The position numbers were made by a program, and so were the translations under genes. Below, piece by piece: positions 45,603 through 55,731 of a stretch of 64,000 nt of DNA. Numbering within the stretch: position 1 is the stretch's first letter; every line of letters begins with the position of its first letter. The DNA is from a virus. Its lineage: Duplodnaviria; Heunggongvirae; Uroviricota; Caudoviricetes. The notes under the pieces are model-generated. The model did not search any database, was not told where the DNA came from, and saw only the letters and a list, made by a program, of their open reading frames with translations. The stretch lies in IMG/VR virus record IMGVR_UViG_2795385649_000011. The stretch is one strand, 5' to 3'.

Positions 45603-46507
45603 AGCCCAAGGTAACTCGTGCCGACCGGGAGAACCGTAAGGATGTGTGGGAGCACCGCTCCATCCCGATGTTCGATCTCCGCTCCGATTCGGGCGGGGGC
45701 GGTCTCCGGTTGACCGGCTACGCGTCCACGTTCGAGCCGTACGAGATGTACGGAGGCCCCGCCAACGGAGGCTGGATCGAACAGATAGACAGGGGCGCGT
45801 TCAACGCCACCCTCCGGGAGGACCCGGACGTACACCTGCTCATTAACCACGAGGGAATGCCGCTGGCGCGCACCAAGTCGGGGACTCTCCAGCTCGGCGT
45901 GGACCGTATTGGCCTGCTGACAGATTCGCTGCTCGACCCGCTGGACCCTGACGTGCAGCGACTCGCACCCAAGATGCGCCGCAAGGACATGGATGAGATG
46001 TCGTTTGCGTTCCGCGTCAAGAACCAGGTGTGGAAGTCCACCCCCGAGTTCCCCGACGACGAGTACGCCTACCGGTGCATCACCGAGGTATCTCTGCACA
46101 AGGGAGACGTGTCGGTCGTGAACTTCGGCGCCAACCCGAGCACCTCGGCGGAGTTGAAGTCCGTGGATGAAGCCTTGGCGATGCTCGCGGAATGCGACCC
46201 CCGCCAGCTCGCGGAAGCGCGCTCCGATCAAGACATCCTGCGCCGCGCCCGCGCCGCGCTCGAAAAGCTCGGTGGACCAGTCCGTATCGGTGGCCCGGTC
46301 GGAATGGCAGCCGACGACCTCAGACGTTCTGCTGCCGCTTCAGATGTTGCGGCGGAAGCGAACCGACGCCTCGCCGAGACTCGGCAACACGCCGACCCCG
46401 CTCCGAAGGGCATGTCGCTGCGTGAAGCCCTCACCCGCCAGGGCTTCGCGAGCGAGGACGGAAAGAGCCTCACCCTCGATGAAGCACTTGCCCAGAGCAG
46501 CAAGTAA
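45599..46507 (+). CDS. HK97-family prohead (capsid maturation) protease
   Basis: Prohead-protease region FDLRSDSGGGGLRLTGYASTFEPYEMY...INHEGMPLARTKSGTLQL with conserved H and S. Confidence 0.7.
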   Translation: MKPKVTRADRENRKDVWEHRSIPMFDLRSDSGGGGLRLTGYASTFEPYEMYGGPANGGWIEQIDRGAFNATLREDPDVHLLINHEGMPLARTKSGTLQLGVDRIGLLTDSLLDPLDPDVQRLAPKMRRKDMDEMSFAFRVKNQVWKSTPEFPDDEYAYRCITEVSLHKGDVSVVNFGANPSTSAELKSVDEALAMLAECDPRQLAEARSDQDILRRARAALEKLGGPVRIGGPVGMAADDLRRSAAASDVAAEANRRLAETRQHADPAPKGMSLREALTRQGFASEDGKSLTLDEALAQSSK

Positions 46508-46561
46508 CCCCCGCGTGTAGCGGTAAACCGCTGCACCGCTCCAGATTCCACCCGCCCACAA

Positions 46562-46590
46562 CCACATCAAAGGCCTCCCAGCTCGGGGGG
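46562..46590 (+). terminator. Rho-independent terminator between protease and capsid genes
   Basis: AGGCCTCCC-agctc-GGGGGGCCT hairpin followed by TTTTTT. Confidence 0.6.
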
Positions 46591-46718
46591 CCTTTTTTCG
46601 TGCGCGGGTCGAACAGCCGCCACCCGCTCGGTGGCCGCTGGTGCCCAGCTCGGGCCGCCAATCCATATCCGAACCACCCCAACCAATTTGGGGACAATCC
46701 GAAAGGAGGGACGCTCCC

Positions 46719-48092
46719 ATGGAGGAACGTCTCAAGCGGCTCATCGCGCTGCGTGCAAAGGCAGGCGACGAGCTGGAGAAGCTGATGGCTGAGCGATCCG
46801 CCATCACCGACCTCGTCAAGGAAGAGGCCCGCGAAGACCTCACCACCGAGGAAGACACCGAGTTCCGGGTCAAGAGCGCGGAAATCGCCAAGAAGCAGAC
46901 CGAGTGCGAGGGCCTGGACGAGCGAATCAAGGAGCTGTCCGAGGAAATCGAGCGCTCCGGCCGCCTCAACGAGAACGCGACGAAGGTCCGCAAGGCCATC
47001 TCTCGCGTGGAGTCCGTGAAGGAAGCCGCCGCCTACGAGAAGGGCAATGGCCGCTCGTACTTCAAGGATCTGCTCCGCCGGTCCCTGAACATGGACCAGG
47101 ACGGCCAGGCCACCGAACGGCTCCGGCGCCACGCCGTTGACGTTCAGGGCCAGGAGTACCGCGACCTGGACCGCGTGGACGGCAACGGCGGGTACTTCGT
47201 GCCGCCCATCCACCTGGTGAGCCAGTACATCGAACTCGCCCGCGCCGGGCGTGCTTTCGCCAACCTGGTTCAGCAGCAGCCGCTCCCGGCTGGCACCGAC
47301 AGCATCAACATCCCCAAGGTGACGCGGGGAACGCTCGTCGGGATGCAGACGGCCGACAACGCCGCCGTGGCCGAGCAGGATCTCCAGGACAGCTCCATCC
47401 GGGCGGACGTGAAGACTGCCGCCGGTTCGCAGGATGTCGCTATCCAGCTGCTTGACCAGTCGCCCATCAACTTTGACGAGGTCGTGTTCCAGGACCTCAT
47501 CGCCGACTACGGCACCAAGGTTGACCTCCAGGTGTTGGCCGGCAGCAATGCGGCCGGTCAGGTCAAGGGTGTCCACAACACCCCTGGCATCCAGTCCATC
47601 GCGATCACCGCTCTGACGCTCCAGTCGTTCTACGCGGCTATCGCGGATGGCATTCAGCGGGTGCACAGCTCCCGCTACCTGCCCCCGACGCACATCGTGA
47701 TGCACCCGCGTCGCTGGGGTTGGCTGACCGGTCAGCTGGACGGTGATCTGCGCCCGCTGGTTCTGCCTGCCGGTCGCAGCCTGAACAACGTCGCCACCCT
47801 GGACGCGGTCGCGTCGCAGCAGGTTGTCGGCGAACTGCAGGGCCTCCCCGTGGTGACCGATCCCAACATCGGCACTGCCTACGGCACCGGTACCAACGAG
47901 GACCTGGTGTACGTGGTTCGGGCGAACGACCTGCTGCTGTTCGAGTCGGGTATCCGTACTCGCGTCCTCAACGAGGTCGGCGGCAAGAATCTCACGGTGA
48001 CTCTCCAGGTGTACGGCTACCTGGCCTTCACCGCTGAGCGCTACGCGCAGTCCGTGGTCGAGATCTCGGGTCTGACCGCCCCGACGTTCTGA
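46719..48092 (+). CDS. Major capsid protein (HK97 fold) with N-terminal coiled-coil scaffold (delta) domain
   Basis: ATG 46719 after GGAGGG RBS; N-terminal 120 aa coiled coil; 457 aa. Confidence 0.75.
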   Translation: MEERLKRLIALRAKAGDELEKLMAERSAITDLVKEEAREDLTTEEDTEFRVKSAEIAKKQTECEGLDERIKELSEEIERSGRLNENATKVRKAISRVESVKEAAAYEKGNGRSYFKDLLRRSLNMDQDGQATERLRRHAVDVQGQEYRDLDRVDGNGGYFVPPIHLVSQYIELARAGRAFANLVQQQPLPAGTDSINIPKVTRGTLVGMQTADNAAVAEQDLQDSSIRADVKTAAGSQDVAIQLLDQSPINFDEVVFQDLIADYGTKVDLQVLAGSNAAGQVKGVHNTPGIQSIAITALTLQSFYAAIADGIQRVHSSRYLPPTHIVMHPRRWGWLTGQLDGDLRPLVLPAGRSLNNVATLDAVASQQVVGELQGLPVVTDPNIGTAYGTGTNEDLVYVVRANDLLLFESGIRTRVLNEVGGKNLTVTLQVYGYLAFTAERYAQSVVEISGLTAPTF

Positions 48093-48171
48093 CCGTTCCC
48101 TGGCCCTCGCCCTGCTGGGTGACCCCCGGCAGGGCGGGGCCGCCAGGCCAACCGATCTGAGGAGAAACCTG

Positions 48172-48480
48172 ATGGCCAAGAACGAGAAGCGAGACTTCGC
48201 CAAGGACACCATCGCCGCGCTCAAGGCACGCCGTGCGCTGCTGGTATCGGTCGGGGAAGACACCGCCTCGGTGGACGAGAAGATCGCCGAATGGGCTGAC
48301 GCCTCAAGCGACAAGGACCCCGCGCCCGAGCTCGAAAAGAAGACTGAGCCGACAGCACCCGAGAAGACAGTCCCGCCCACTCCTGCCACCGCCTCCGCGC
48401 CCAAGCCTGAGAAGGCCGCCCCCGCCAAGGCAGCGGCACCGGCCAAGCCCGGCAACAACACCGGAGACGCGGGCGCCTAA
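48172..48480 (+). CDS. Hypothetical head protein, Lys/Ala/Pro-rich
   Basis: 102 aa directly after the capsid gene. Confidence 0.4.
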   Translation: MAKNEKRDFAKDTIAALKARRALLVSVGEDTASVDEKIAEWADASSDKDPAPELEKKTEPTAPEKTVPPTPATASAPKPEKAAPAKAAAPAKPGNNTGDAGA

Positions 48481-49038
48481 ATGGCCGGGAACCTTGTCGA
48501 ACTCGCCGACCTCAACAAGTTCAACGACGGCGACCCGGAGTTCTTTCTCCGCTGCGCCGAGGCCGGTGTTCGCAAGTACTGCGGATGGCACATCGCGCCA
48601 TCCGAGCGGGTGGTCGATCTCCGCTGCGCCGTAGGCCAAATGGGCGTCATCATGCTGCCCTCCCTTCACGTCACCGACGTGGAAAAGGTCATCGTGGAGG
48701 ACCGGGAGCTCGAAACAACTGAATACGAGTGGGACGCGGCGGGGTTCATCAACCGGAACACGGTGACGTGGCCCCGCCGCTACTACTGGCCGGTGTACGG
48801 GTACCCGGCCAACCGGCCCGCACAGGTCACATTCACCCACGGGTATGAGGACGTACCCATGGACGTGAAGGCCGTGATCCTGGAGTTGGCCGCCAAGGCA
48901 ATCGAATTGCCCGCGTCGGCGGCGAGCGAGGTCAAGGGCGGACCTTTCCAAATCAAGTTCGGCGCCGGGATTGGACTCGCGCTCACCAGCCACCAAGTAG
49001 ACCGGCTGGCTGGGTATCGGATTCAGGTCGTCGGATGA
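48481..49038 (+). CDS. Head-tail connector / adaptor protein (putative)
   Basis: Assigned from position in the conserved head-tail gene order; 185 aa. Confidence 0.45.
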   Translation: MAGNLVELADLNKFNDGDPEFFLRCAEAGVRKYCGWHIAPSERVVDLRCAVGQMGVIMLPSLHVTDVEKVIVEDRELETTEYEWDAAGFINRNTVTWPRRYYWPVYGYPANRPAQVTFTHGYEDVPMDVKAVILELAAKAIELPASAASEVKGGPFQIKFGAGIGLALTSHQVDRLAGYRIQVVG

Positions 49039-49400
49039 TCTTCCCTGAACCCCACAGCATCCCGTACTACGCATTCACCCCGGCGGTACCGGCAGCCGTC
49101 GATAGCCACGGCAACGCGGTCGGCGAGGTATCCGAGGACCCGGTCATGCGGAAAGCAATCGCGTTCTACCGGAAGTACTCCCAAGAGCCGATCTCCGCCG
49201 ACACCGTGGCGCGGTACGTCTCAGAGGTGACGATGCTCGTGCGAAAGCCTGAGCAGTACTTCAACCAGGACGAAGTAGATATCGCGGGCCGCCGGTTCGA
49301 GGTCGTCGGGCCGGGCGTAGATGGTGACTGGCGAAATGGGCCATGGGCCAAGTACAACAAGCTGTTTGGCGGGGAGATCCAGCTCAGGCGGGTTGGCTGA
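49035..49400 (+). CDS. Head-tail joining protein (putative)
   Basis: Assigned from position; 121 aa. Confidence 0.4.
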   Translation: MIFPEPHSIPYYAFTPAVPAAVDSHGNAVGEVSEDPVMRKAIAFYRKYSQEPISADTVARYVSEVTMLVRKPEQYFNQDEVDIAGRRFEVVGPGVDGDWRNGPWAKYNKLFGGEIQLRRVG

Positions 49401-49401
49401 C

Positions 49402-49647
49402 ATGGCGAAGATCATCTACAACATGCGCGGCTACCGGCGCATCCGGCACCTCCACGCGGAATACGTGAAGAAGAAGGCCGAGGAGCTGGCCGACGCGTGC
49501 GGTCCCGGATACAAGGTCACGATGCAAAAGCGCTCGAACACGCAGCGCCCGAGGGCATTCGTGGAGCCGGAAACAGCAGAAGCCCGCGCTGACGATGCCA
49601 AGAACTCCACCCTGATGAAGGCCGTAAACCAGATAAGGGGCAAGTAA
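49402..49647 (+). CDS. Hypothetical structural protein
   Basis: ATG 49402 in frame with track ORF 49321..49647. Confidence 0.4.
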   Translation: MAKIIYNMRGYRRIRHLHAEYVKKKAEELADACGPGYKVTMQKRSNTQRPRAFVEPETAEARADDAKNSTLMKAVNQIRGK

Positions 49648-50085
49648 GTGGGCCTGTACCCACCGATGCTTCACCCCGACTTGGAAAAGGTCGCAGGCAT
49701 CTACCTCAGTGGCCGCGCGGAAGTCACCGTAGCGGTGGGGACCAAGTTGCCGCCGACGCCCCCGAACCGCACGAAGCCAGCACCTTTCCTGCGCACTGAG
49801 TTTGGCGGTGGGGGACAGATCAACCCGCTGGAGTTTCGACTCCACACGATCCTGCACAGCTACAACGCTGACGAAGACGCCGCCGCCGACACCTCCATCA
49901 CGGCAACGGCCCTACTCGGAGCTGCCTCTGGCGAGACGGTAAATGGCTGGTTCATCAGTCACGCGGTCGCCGACGTACTCACGCACCGAACCCCCGATCC
50001 TGACGTACCGAACATGGCGCGTTACCGGTCCCAAGCGACCTGGATCGTCACCGGCAAGCCCCTCGGCTCGCCGATCACCCCCTAA
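49648..50085 (+). CDS. Tail completion / terminator protein (putative)
   Basis: Assigned from position upstream of the major tail protein. Confidence 0.4.
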   Translation: MGLYPPMLHPDLEKVAGIYLSGRAEVTVAVGTKLPPTPPNRTKPAPFLRTEFGGGGQINPLEFRLHTILHSYNADEDAAADTSITATALLGAASGETVNGWFISHAVADVLTHRTPDPDVPNMARYRSQATWIVTGKPLGSPITP

Positions 50086-50163
50086 CTCACCGCCCTCGCG
50101 CGGGAGAAAACGAGGCCGTCCCAACCGGGGCGGCCTTTCGCATATCACGAGAGGAAAGCCCGC

Positions 50164-50745
50164 ATGGCTCTCAACAATGTGCTGGAGCTGGCCGCCCCGT
50201 CTCCGCGAGTTACCGGCGGCATCCTGCGCGCTGCGGTTGGAACCACCTTGCCCACCACGGCAATCGGTGCGCCTGACGCAGCGTTCAAGAACCTCGGACA
50301 TGTTGGCGTGGACGGTGTTGAGCGCACCGAGGACCGCTCCAACAAGGAAGAGAACAACTGGGGCGGCGACCTGGTCGCCGTGCTCCAGGAGAAGTACGGC
50401 CTGGAGTTGAAGTTCAAGCTGCTCCAGGTGATGAACGCTGACGTGCAGAAGGCTGTGCACGGAAGCGGCAACGTCACCGTGACCCCGGCCAGCACCACGA
50501 GTGGTGCTGAGATCGCGGCGAAGCTGAACTCGAAGCTCCTCGACACCGGAGCGTGGCTGATCGAAGGGTTCTACAACCTGATCTCGATGCGGCTGGTCAT
50601 CCCGATCGGTCGTATCACCTCGGTTGGCCCGCTCAAGTGGGTCCACTCCGAGCTGGCCGCTTACGAGTGCACGCTCAAGCCGTTCCCCGACACTGACGGG
50701 AACCACGGCTACCAGTACTGGAACGACGGCGTGGTGACCATTTGA
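50164..50745 (+). CDS. Major tail protein
   Basis: 193 aa immediately upstream of the G/GT chaperone pair. Confidence 0.6.
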   Translation: MALNNVLELAAPSPRVTGGILRAAVGTTLPTTAIGAPDAAFKNLGHVGVDGVERTEDRSNKEENNWGGDLVAVLQEKYGLELKFKLLQVMNADVQKAVHGSGNVTVTPASTTSGAEIAAKLNSKLLDTGAWLIEGFYNLISMRLVIPIGRITSVGPLKWVHSELAAYECTLKPFPDTDGNHGYQYWNDGVVTI

Positions 50746-51134
50746 GCACCGCACGCAAGGCGCCCGCCAAGAAGGCAGCGCCGCGCAAGGCCGCCGCTAC
50801 GGCCGCAGGTGAGGACGCCCCCGCTCCGGCGGGGGCTGTCCCGCCGAAGCCGAAGACGGTCTCGCCGTACCCGGATGGGACGCCGCTGTACGAATACACC
50901 AGCGCCGCAGGGGTTGTGATCCTCTTCCCGAAGATCACAGCTATCGCACCGCCGGACAACGTGTTCTGGTGGGAGCTCTACAACGCCGCGCCCCGTTTCC
51001 AACCTTTCATCTGGATGGATCACGCCGACGTGCCGAAATCCATCCAGCGGAACGTCGTTGAACTGCCGCCGGAGGAGTTCCGCGTGTTCCTTGATGGTTG
51101 GTTCGCCGAGGCGAATCTCTCAGCGGAAAAATAG
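50742..51134 (+). CDS. Tail assembly chaperone (G-like)
   Basis: Position plus a downstream -1 frame extension. Confidence 0.6.
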   Translation: MSTARKAPAKKAAPRKAAATAAGEDAPAPAGAVPPKPKTVSPYPDGTPLYEYTSAAGVVILFPKITAIAPPDNVFWWELYNAAPRFQPFIWMDHADVPKSIQRNVVELPPEEFRVFLDGWFAEANLSAEK

Positions 51135-51550
51135 GTGCGCTGACCCGTGTGTTCGGTGATCACTGGCACGCGGTTCAGCGCGACCTTCTAGCCCTGGGAT
51201 TCCGCGCCAAGGACATCGGAACAGACCTCTCGCTGGATGAGTTCGCCTCGATAGTTCTTGCGCCCCCGGCGAATAGCTCTGTGTTTCTGGCAGTCGGCGG
51301 GTGGACGAAGGAAGCCCACCTCATCGCTACCCAGATGGAGCAGAACGAAGGGCTCATCGAAGTCCAGCGTCGGATGCCCCGCCCCGGCGTACCCGAAGAG
51401 CCGCCCGTACAGAAGCAAAACCCAAGGCGCATCGATTCGTTCGACGCGATGACCTTGGAGGAGTTCGAGCGGCTACGCGCCGAGAACTACGCCCGCACAC
51501 CCCCGACCCAAGGCCGAGTGATCGGCCCGGAAAAGAGAGGAGACCCGTGA
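50742..51550 (+). CDS. Tail assembly chaperone G-T fusion produced by programmed -1 ribosomal frameshift near 51125-51131
   Basis: Zero-frame ...GCG GAA AAA TAG; a -1 slip of tRNA-Lys on the A5 run gives ...AEK IGALTRVF... through to 51550, overlapping the tape-measure start. Confidence 0.55.
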
Positions 51551-54500
51551 CCGAAACCATCGAACTGGCCCGCGTCCTGGTCTCACTCTGGCCGGAGGCC
51601 TCTCATCTGGACGAGGGCGTGGAGAAGATCGCCGACAAGGCCGAAAAGCGTTTCGGCCGCTCGGGCAAGGTCATGGGGCAGCAGCTCGCATCCGGTCTCG
51701 ATGAGGGCACCAAGCGAGCCGAGTCCGGCCTCAAAAAGGTGGAGGCGGCCTCCAAAAAGGTACAGGTTGCGCGGAAGGCCGAAGCCGACGCTGCGGGGCG
51801 CCTTGTCGTAGCCGAGACCCGGCTGGAGGACGTACGCAAGAAGTCCAGCGCCTCTGCCGGCCAACGCAAGGCCGCCGAAGAAGCGGTCGAACGCGCCCGC
51901 CGCGCGCAGGTGCTCGCGGCCGACAATCTGACGCGCGCGCTCAGGGACCAACGTCGGGCCCAACAGGACAACACGGCCGGACACCGCGAATCCGCCGCCG
52001 CAGTGAATGTGTTGGGCGGTGCGCTAGGCAGAGCGGGCTCTGCCGCTGATCGCCTTGGCGCGGGGGGCAACGTACTTGGGGCGATGCTGGGCAGGCTGAG
52101 CAGTGGTGCGACAGGCCTCGGCGCGGCGCTGGGAACCGCAGAGACAGGGGCAGTGGCTCTCGGCGCGGCGGCGGGCGCCGTCGCGGGCGCTGGGCTCGCT
52201 GCGTTGGGCGCCGGGGCTGCCGCCGCCATGAAGCAGCTGTACGACCTCGGCGAGTCGTACGACGAGGTGTTCGACAGGCTGCGCCTCAAGACCGGTGAGA
52301 CTGGCCCGGCGTTGGAAGGCCTCAAGCAGGCCACGATGGACATCGCGAGCCAAGTACCCCTTACCACTGGGGAAATCGGCTCGATGACCGCTCAAGTCAA
52401 CAAGGCGCTTGGGCAAACCGGTGACGGTCTCGTTGAGGTCACCACGAATATCGCCAACCTATCGCGCATCGCCGAAGAACCCATCGACGTACGTCAGCTG
52501 GGCAAGGTTTTCAAGGCGTACTCGCTCAAGGACGCGAAAGAGCAAGTAGCTGCTCTCAATTCATTCAAGAACGCTTCTCAGTCCACACAGATACCCGTCA
52601 ACGAACTCATTGGGCTGGCTGCAAAGGGCGGCCCGGCCATGCGGCAACTCGGGATGGACCTTGGCAAGGCCACGGCCATGATGGGCGTCTTCGAGGAAGC
52701 CGGGATGGAGCCGGAGAAGATCATCGCTCCGCTCACCAAGGGCCTCGGCACCCTCGCCAAGAAGGGGCAGAGCGGACCCGAGGCGTTGCGCACTCTGACC
52801 AACGAGATTCAGCGGCTCATCGACGTAGGCGATGAGGCAGGAGCAATCAACCTCGGTAACAAGCTATTTGGCGGCCGAGGTGGGTTGCAGTTCGTGGATG
52901 CAATCCGGCGTGGAGTCTTCGATGTCAAGAAGCTCGATGAGGCGCTGTCGCATACCGGCACCACGATCCAGGAAGACGTGGACGCCACCGATGACTTCGC
53001 GCAGCAGTGGCAGATCCTCAAGAACAAGGCCGCTGGCGCTTTGCAGCCCCTCTCCAGCGAGGTTTTCGACTTCACGAACGAAGCCCTTGGGGGTCTAGGC
53101 GATTGGGTGAGCGAGCACCAATCCGACATCGTGAAGTTCTTCTCGCTCATCGCCGAGGGCGCGGTAGACGCCGGGCGGCACGTCATCATCTTCGCTGCCG
53201 ACATGATGACAGCGGTCGGCGACATCATAGCCGCCGCAGGCGACGTGGCCGGCACATGGATGCAGCTGCGCGGCGTCTGGGACCAGGTCCTCGGAAACGA
53301 CGACAAGGCACAGCAGAATTTCAAACGCGCGCAAGACTTCTTTGCCTGGCAGTCGGGACCGGACAGCCTGTTCGAGAAGGCAAAGAAGTGGAAGGACGCC
53401 GCCAACAGCGGTGCTGACGAGCTGAACAAAAAGCTCGATGAGGCCGGTAACCAGACCGCCGAAGCACTCAAGTTCACCGAAAAGCTCGGCAAGGCAAAGG
53501 TATCCCTCGGTGACGACAAGACGACCGTCTACATCGACTCGAACGCCCCTGAGGTCACCGAGAAACTCGCCAAGATCGGCCTCCAGGTCAAGGAGCTGCC
53601 TGACGGCAAGTTCGAGGTGAACGCCAACACCGAAGAGGGCCAGAAGACCCTCGACGCGTGGCGGCAGAAGCAAGGCGGCAAGAAGCTCGAAGTCCCCGTC
53701 ACCGTGGATACCAAGCAGGCACAGGAGGATTGGGACAACTTCAAGAAGAACATCACAGCACCCGCCCCCGCCTCCTCACCACCGCCGGGCGACTGGAGCA
53801 CCCTGATGTTGCCGCCGCCTGCCGCCCCCCGAGCCAGGGGCGGCATCTACGACGTGTGGGATTCGGTTGCGTCGTTCGCGGGCGGAAAGCTACCCCGCAC
53901 CGCGATGTTCCAGCCACCAGTCGCTGGCGCCGGGCTGGTGCAGTGGGCCGAACCATCCACAGGCGGTGAGGCATTCATACCCATAAGGGGCGGGAAGCGC
54001 TCCATCGACATCTGGGCCAAGACCGGCCAGATGCTCGGCGTGTTCGACCAGGGCGGCTTCAACAACGTCTCCCAGGATGAGCTCAACCGGATGGGTGGCG
54101 GCACGGTAAACCTGTCCATCCTGCGGGCTCTGCGCGAATCAAACCCGAGCGCGGTACTCACCAGCGCCAAGACCGATCACGGCGTAGACGGCGGCTACCA
54201 CCCCAAGGGCATGGCCATCGACGTTGATCCGTCCCGCCGGAACCTGGATGCGCTCTGGTCTATGCGTGACCAGCTCGCACAGATCATCTTCGATGACCCG
54301 CAGAAGGTTTGGTACAACGTCAACGGCGAACACGCCGAAGGCCAAGCTGCACGCCGCATCTACGGCGAATCCACGATGAAGCAGCACGGGGACCACATCC
54401 ATGTGGCCGCCCTGCACGAGATCGGCAGCTATGGGCAGATGCCGGGTGGGGGGCGGCAACAGCAGCAGTCCGTGGGCCTCGGTCAGCTGACTCCGGAATC

Positions 54501-55731
54501 CAGCCCAGATGACGTTGCCTCGGCGATCCTCGGGGAGGCAACACGTCGCGGGTACAGCCAAGACGAGGCAGTCGCGGTGCTGTCCACCGCGATGCAAGAG
54601 TCCGGCCTGAACCCGAAAGCCTCTGGTGGGGGCGGAGCATGGCACGGCGTGTTCCAGCAGGACACCTCCTACGTCGGCCGCGACGACCCCAACAAGAACA
54701 TCGGGGAGTTCTTCAACCGCCTTGATGAAAAGCGCAGTAGCGGAGGCTCATCCAAGGACATCTGGAAGGACATCTTTTGGCTCCAGCAGGCGCCCGGTGC
54801 AGCCTCAGCCGAGGCGGCCTACTCCGGTGGCCGGCAGGCATACAAGACGGAGATCCAGTCCAAGAGTGGCGCTGCGTCTGCCGCGTACAGCCGTCTTGGA
54901 GGTGGTGGCGGTGGAGTCAGCGGCTACGGCTACCAGCGGATGCCCGCCACTCCCGGTTATGACGACGACGGCACCGCGGGCTACTACCGGCCAGATGCGA
55001 AGCAGGTCCGGGAAGCGCAGGAGCGTGTCACCGACGCCGATCAGAGGGTGAAAGACGCTGATCTGCGCGTCAAGGAAGCCGAAGCCAAGCAGCGGGAACT
55101 CACAGCGGCTGCAACTGATCTGGAAGTCATGCAGGCCCAGAACGCGGTCGATAAGGCCAAGAACGACGCCGCAAAGGCACGTCGCGAAGCAGGGGATGCC
55201 CGTGACGACCTCGGCGAAGCACAGCGAGGCAAGTTCACTGCCAACAAGGGAAGTAAGGGGAGTGGACCCGATGGACAGAGCTTCGCGAAGGACATGCTCT
55301 CCGGCGCCATGGACGCCCTCGGTTTCGACGGCGAGATATTCAGCAACCCAATGGATTGGGGCATCTGGAAGCTCTTCACCGGAGGCGCGAACTACCTCGG
55401 CAGCCTGGCGAAGAACGCCTTCGGCGGCCCGCAGCGGGGCAATTTCCCAGGCCTCGCCGGAGGCCCACTCGGCAGCGAAGACGGCGGCCTCAGCGGCATG
55501 AACTTCGGCGACGGCGGAGGCATCTCGTCAGCAGGCGACACCATCGCGTCAGTGCTCCCGCAGGTAAGCGACTTCTTGCCCAACAGCCAGACACAGGCAC
55601 CGCCGAGCGTCGATCAGTCCATCAACATCACCGGGAACGTGGGAATGGACCCCGCTGCACTGAAATCCGAGATACACACCGAGCAGAACGCACGCTCCCG
55701 CACCTACGCGTCAGGACTGCCGCGACCGTGA
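51547..55731 (+). CDS. Tape measure protein with embedded M23-peptidase-like and Rpf/transglycosylase-like motifs
   Basis: GTG 51547 in frame with the 1476-aa track ORF; coiled-coil-rich; HPKGMAIDVD...HGDHIHVAALH (M23-like) and STAMQESGLNP...WHGVFQQ (Rpf-like). Confidence 0.75.
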   Translation: MTETIELARVLVSLWPEASHLDEGVEKIADKAEKRFGRSGKVMGQQLASGLDEGTKRAESGLKKVEAASKKVQVARKAEADAAGRLVVAETRLEDVRKKSSASAGQRKAAEEAVERARRAQVLAADNLTRALRDQRRAQQDNTAGHRESAAAVNVLGGALGRAGSAADRLGAGGNVLGAMLGRLSSGATGLGAALGTAETGAVALGAAAGAVAGAGLAALGAGAAAAMKQLYDLGESYDEVFDRLRLKTGETGPALEGLKQATMDIASQVPLTTGEIGSMTAQVNKALGQTGDGLVEVTTNIANLSRIAEEPIDVRQLGKVFKAYSLKDAKEQVAALNSFKNASQSTQIPVNELIGLAAKGGPAMRQLGMDLGKATAMMGVFEEAGMEPEKIIAPLTKGLGTLAKKGQSGPEALRTLTNEIQRLIDVGDEAGAINLGNKLFGGRGGLQFVDAIRRGVFDVKKLDEALSHTGTTIQEDVDATDDFAQQWQILKNKAAGALQPLSSEVFDFTNEALGGLGDWVSEHQSDIVKFFSLIAEGAVDAGRHVIIFAADMMTAVGDIIAAAGDVAGTWMQLRGVWDQVLGNDDKAQQNFKRAQDFFAWQSGPDSLFEKAKKWKDAANSGADELNKKLDEAGNQTAEALKFTEKLGKAKVSLGDDKTTVYIDSNAPEVTEKLAKIGLQVKELPDGKFEVNANTEEGQKTLDAWRQKQGGKKLEVPVTVDTKQAQEDWDNFKKNITAPAPASSPPPGDWSTLMLPPPAAPRARGGIYDVWDSVASFAGGKLPRTAMFQPPVAGAGLVQWAEPSTGGEAFIPIRGGKRSIDIWAKTGQMLGVFDQGGFNNVSQDELNRMGGGTVNLSILRALRESNPSAVLTSAKTDHGVDGGYHPKGMAIDVDPSRRNLDALWSMRDQLAQIIFDDPQKVWYNVNGEHAEGQAARRIYGESTMKQHGDHIHVAALHEIGSYGQMPGGGRQQQQSVGLGQLTPESSPDDVASAILGEATRRGYSQDEAVAVLSTAMQESGLNPKASGGGGAWHGVFQQDTSYVGRDDPNKNIGEFFNRLDEKRSSGGSSKDIWKDIFWLQQAPGAASAEAAYSGGRQAYKTEIQSKSGAASAAYSRLGGGGGGVSGYGYQRMPATPGYDDDGTAGYYRPDAKQVREAQERVTDADQRVKDADLRVKEAEAKQRELTAAATDLEVMQAQNAVDKAKNDAAKARREAGDARDDLGEAQRGKFTANKGSKGSGPDGQSFAKDMLSGAMDALGFDGEIFSNPMDWGIWKLFTGGANYLGSLAKNAFGGPQRGNFPGLAGGPLGSEDGGLSGMNFGDGGGISSAGDTIASVLPQVSDFLPNSQTQAPPSVDQSINITGNVGMDPAALKSEIHTEQNARSRTYASGLPRP

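Noticed and set aside
46470-48461. 663-aa minus-strand ORF
   Set aside because: Antisense to the HK97-type major capsid gene. Long open frames on the opposite strand are expected at this GC content.
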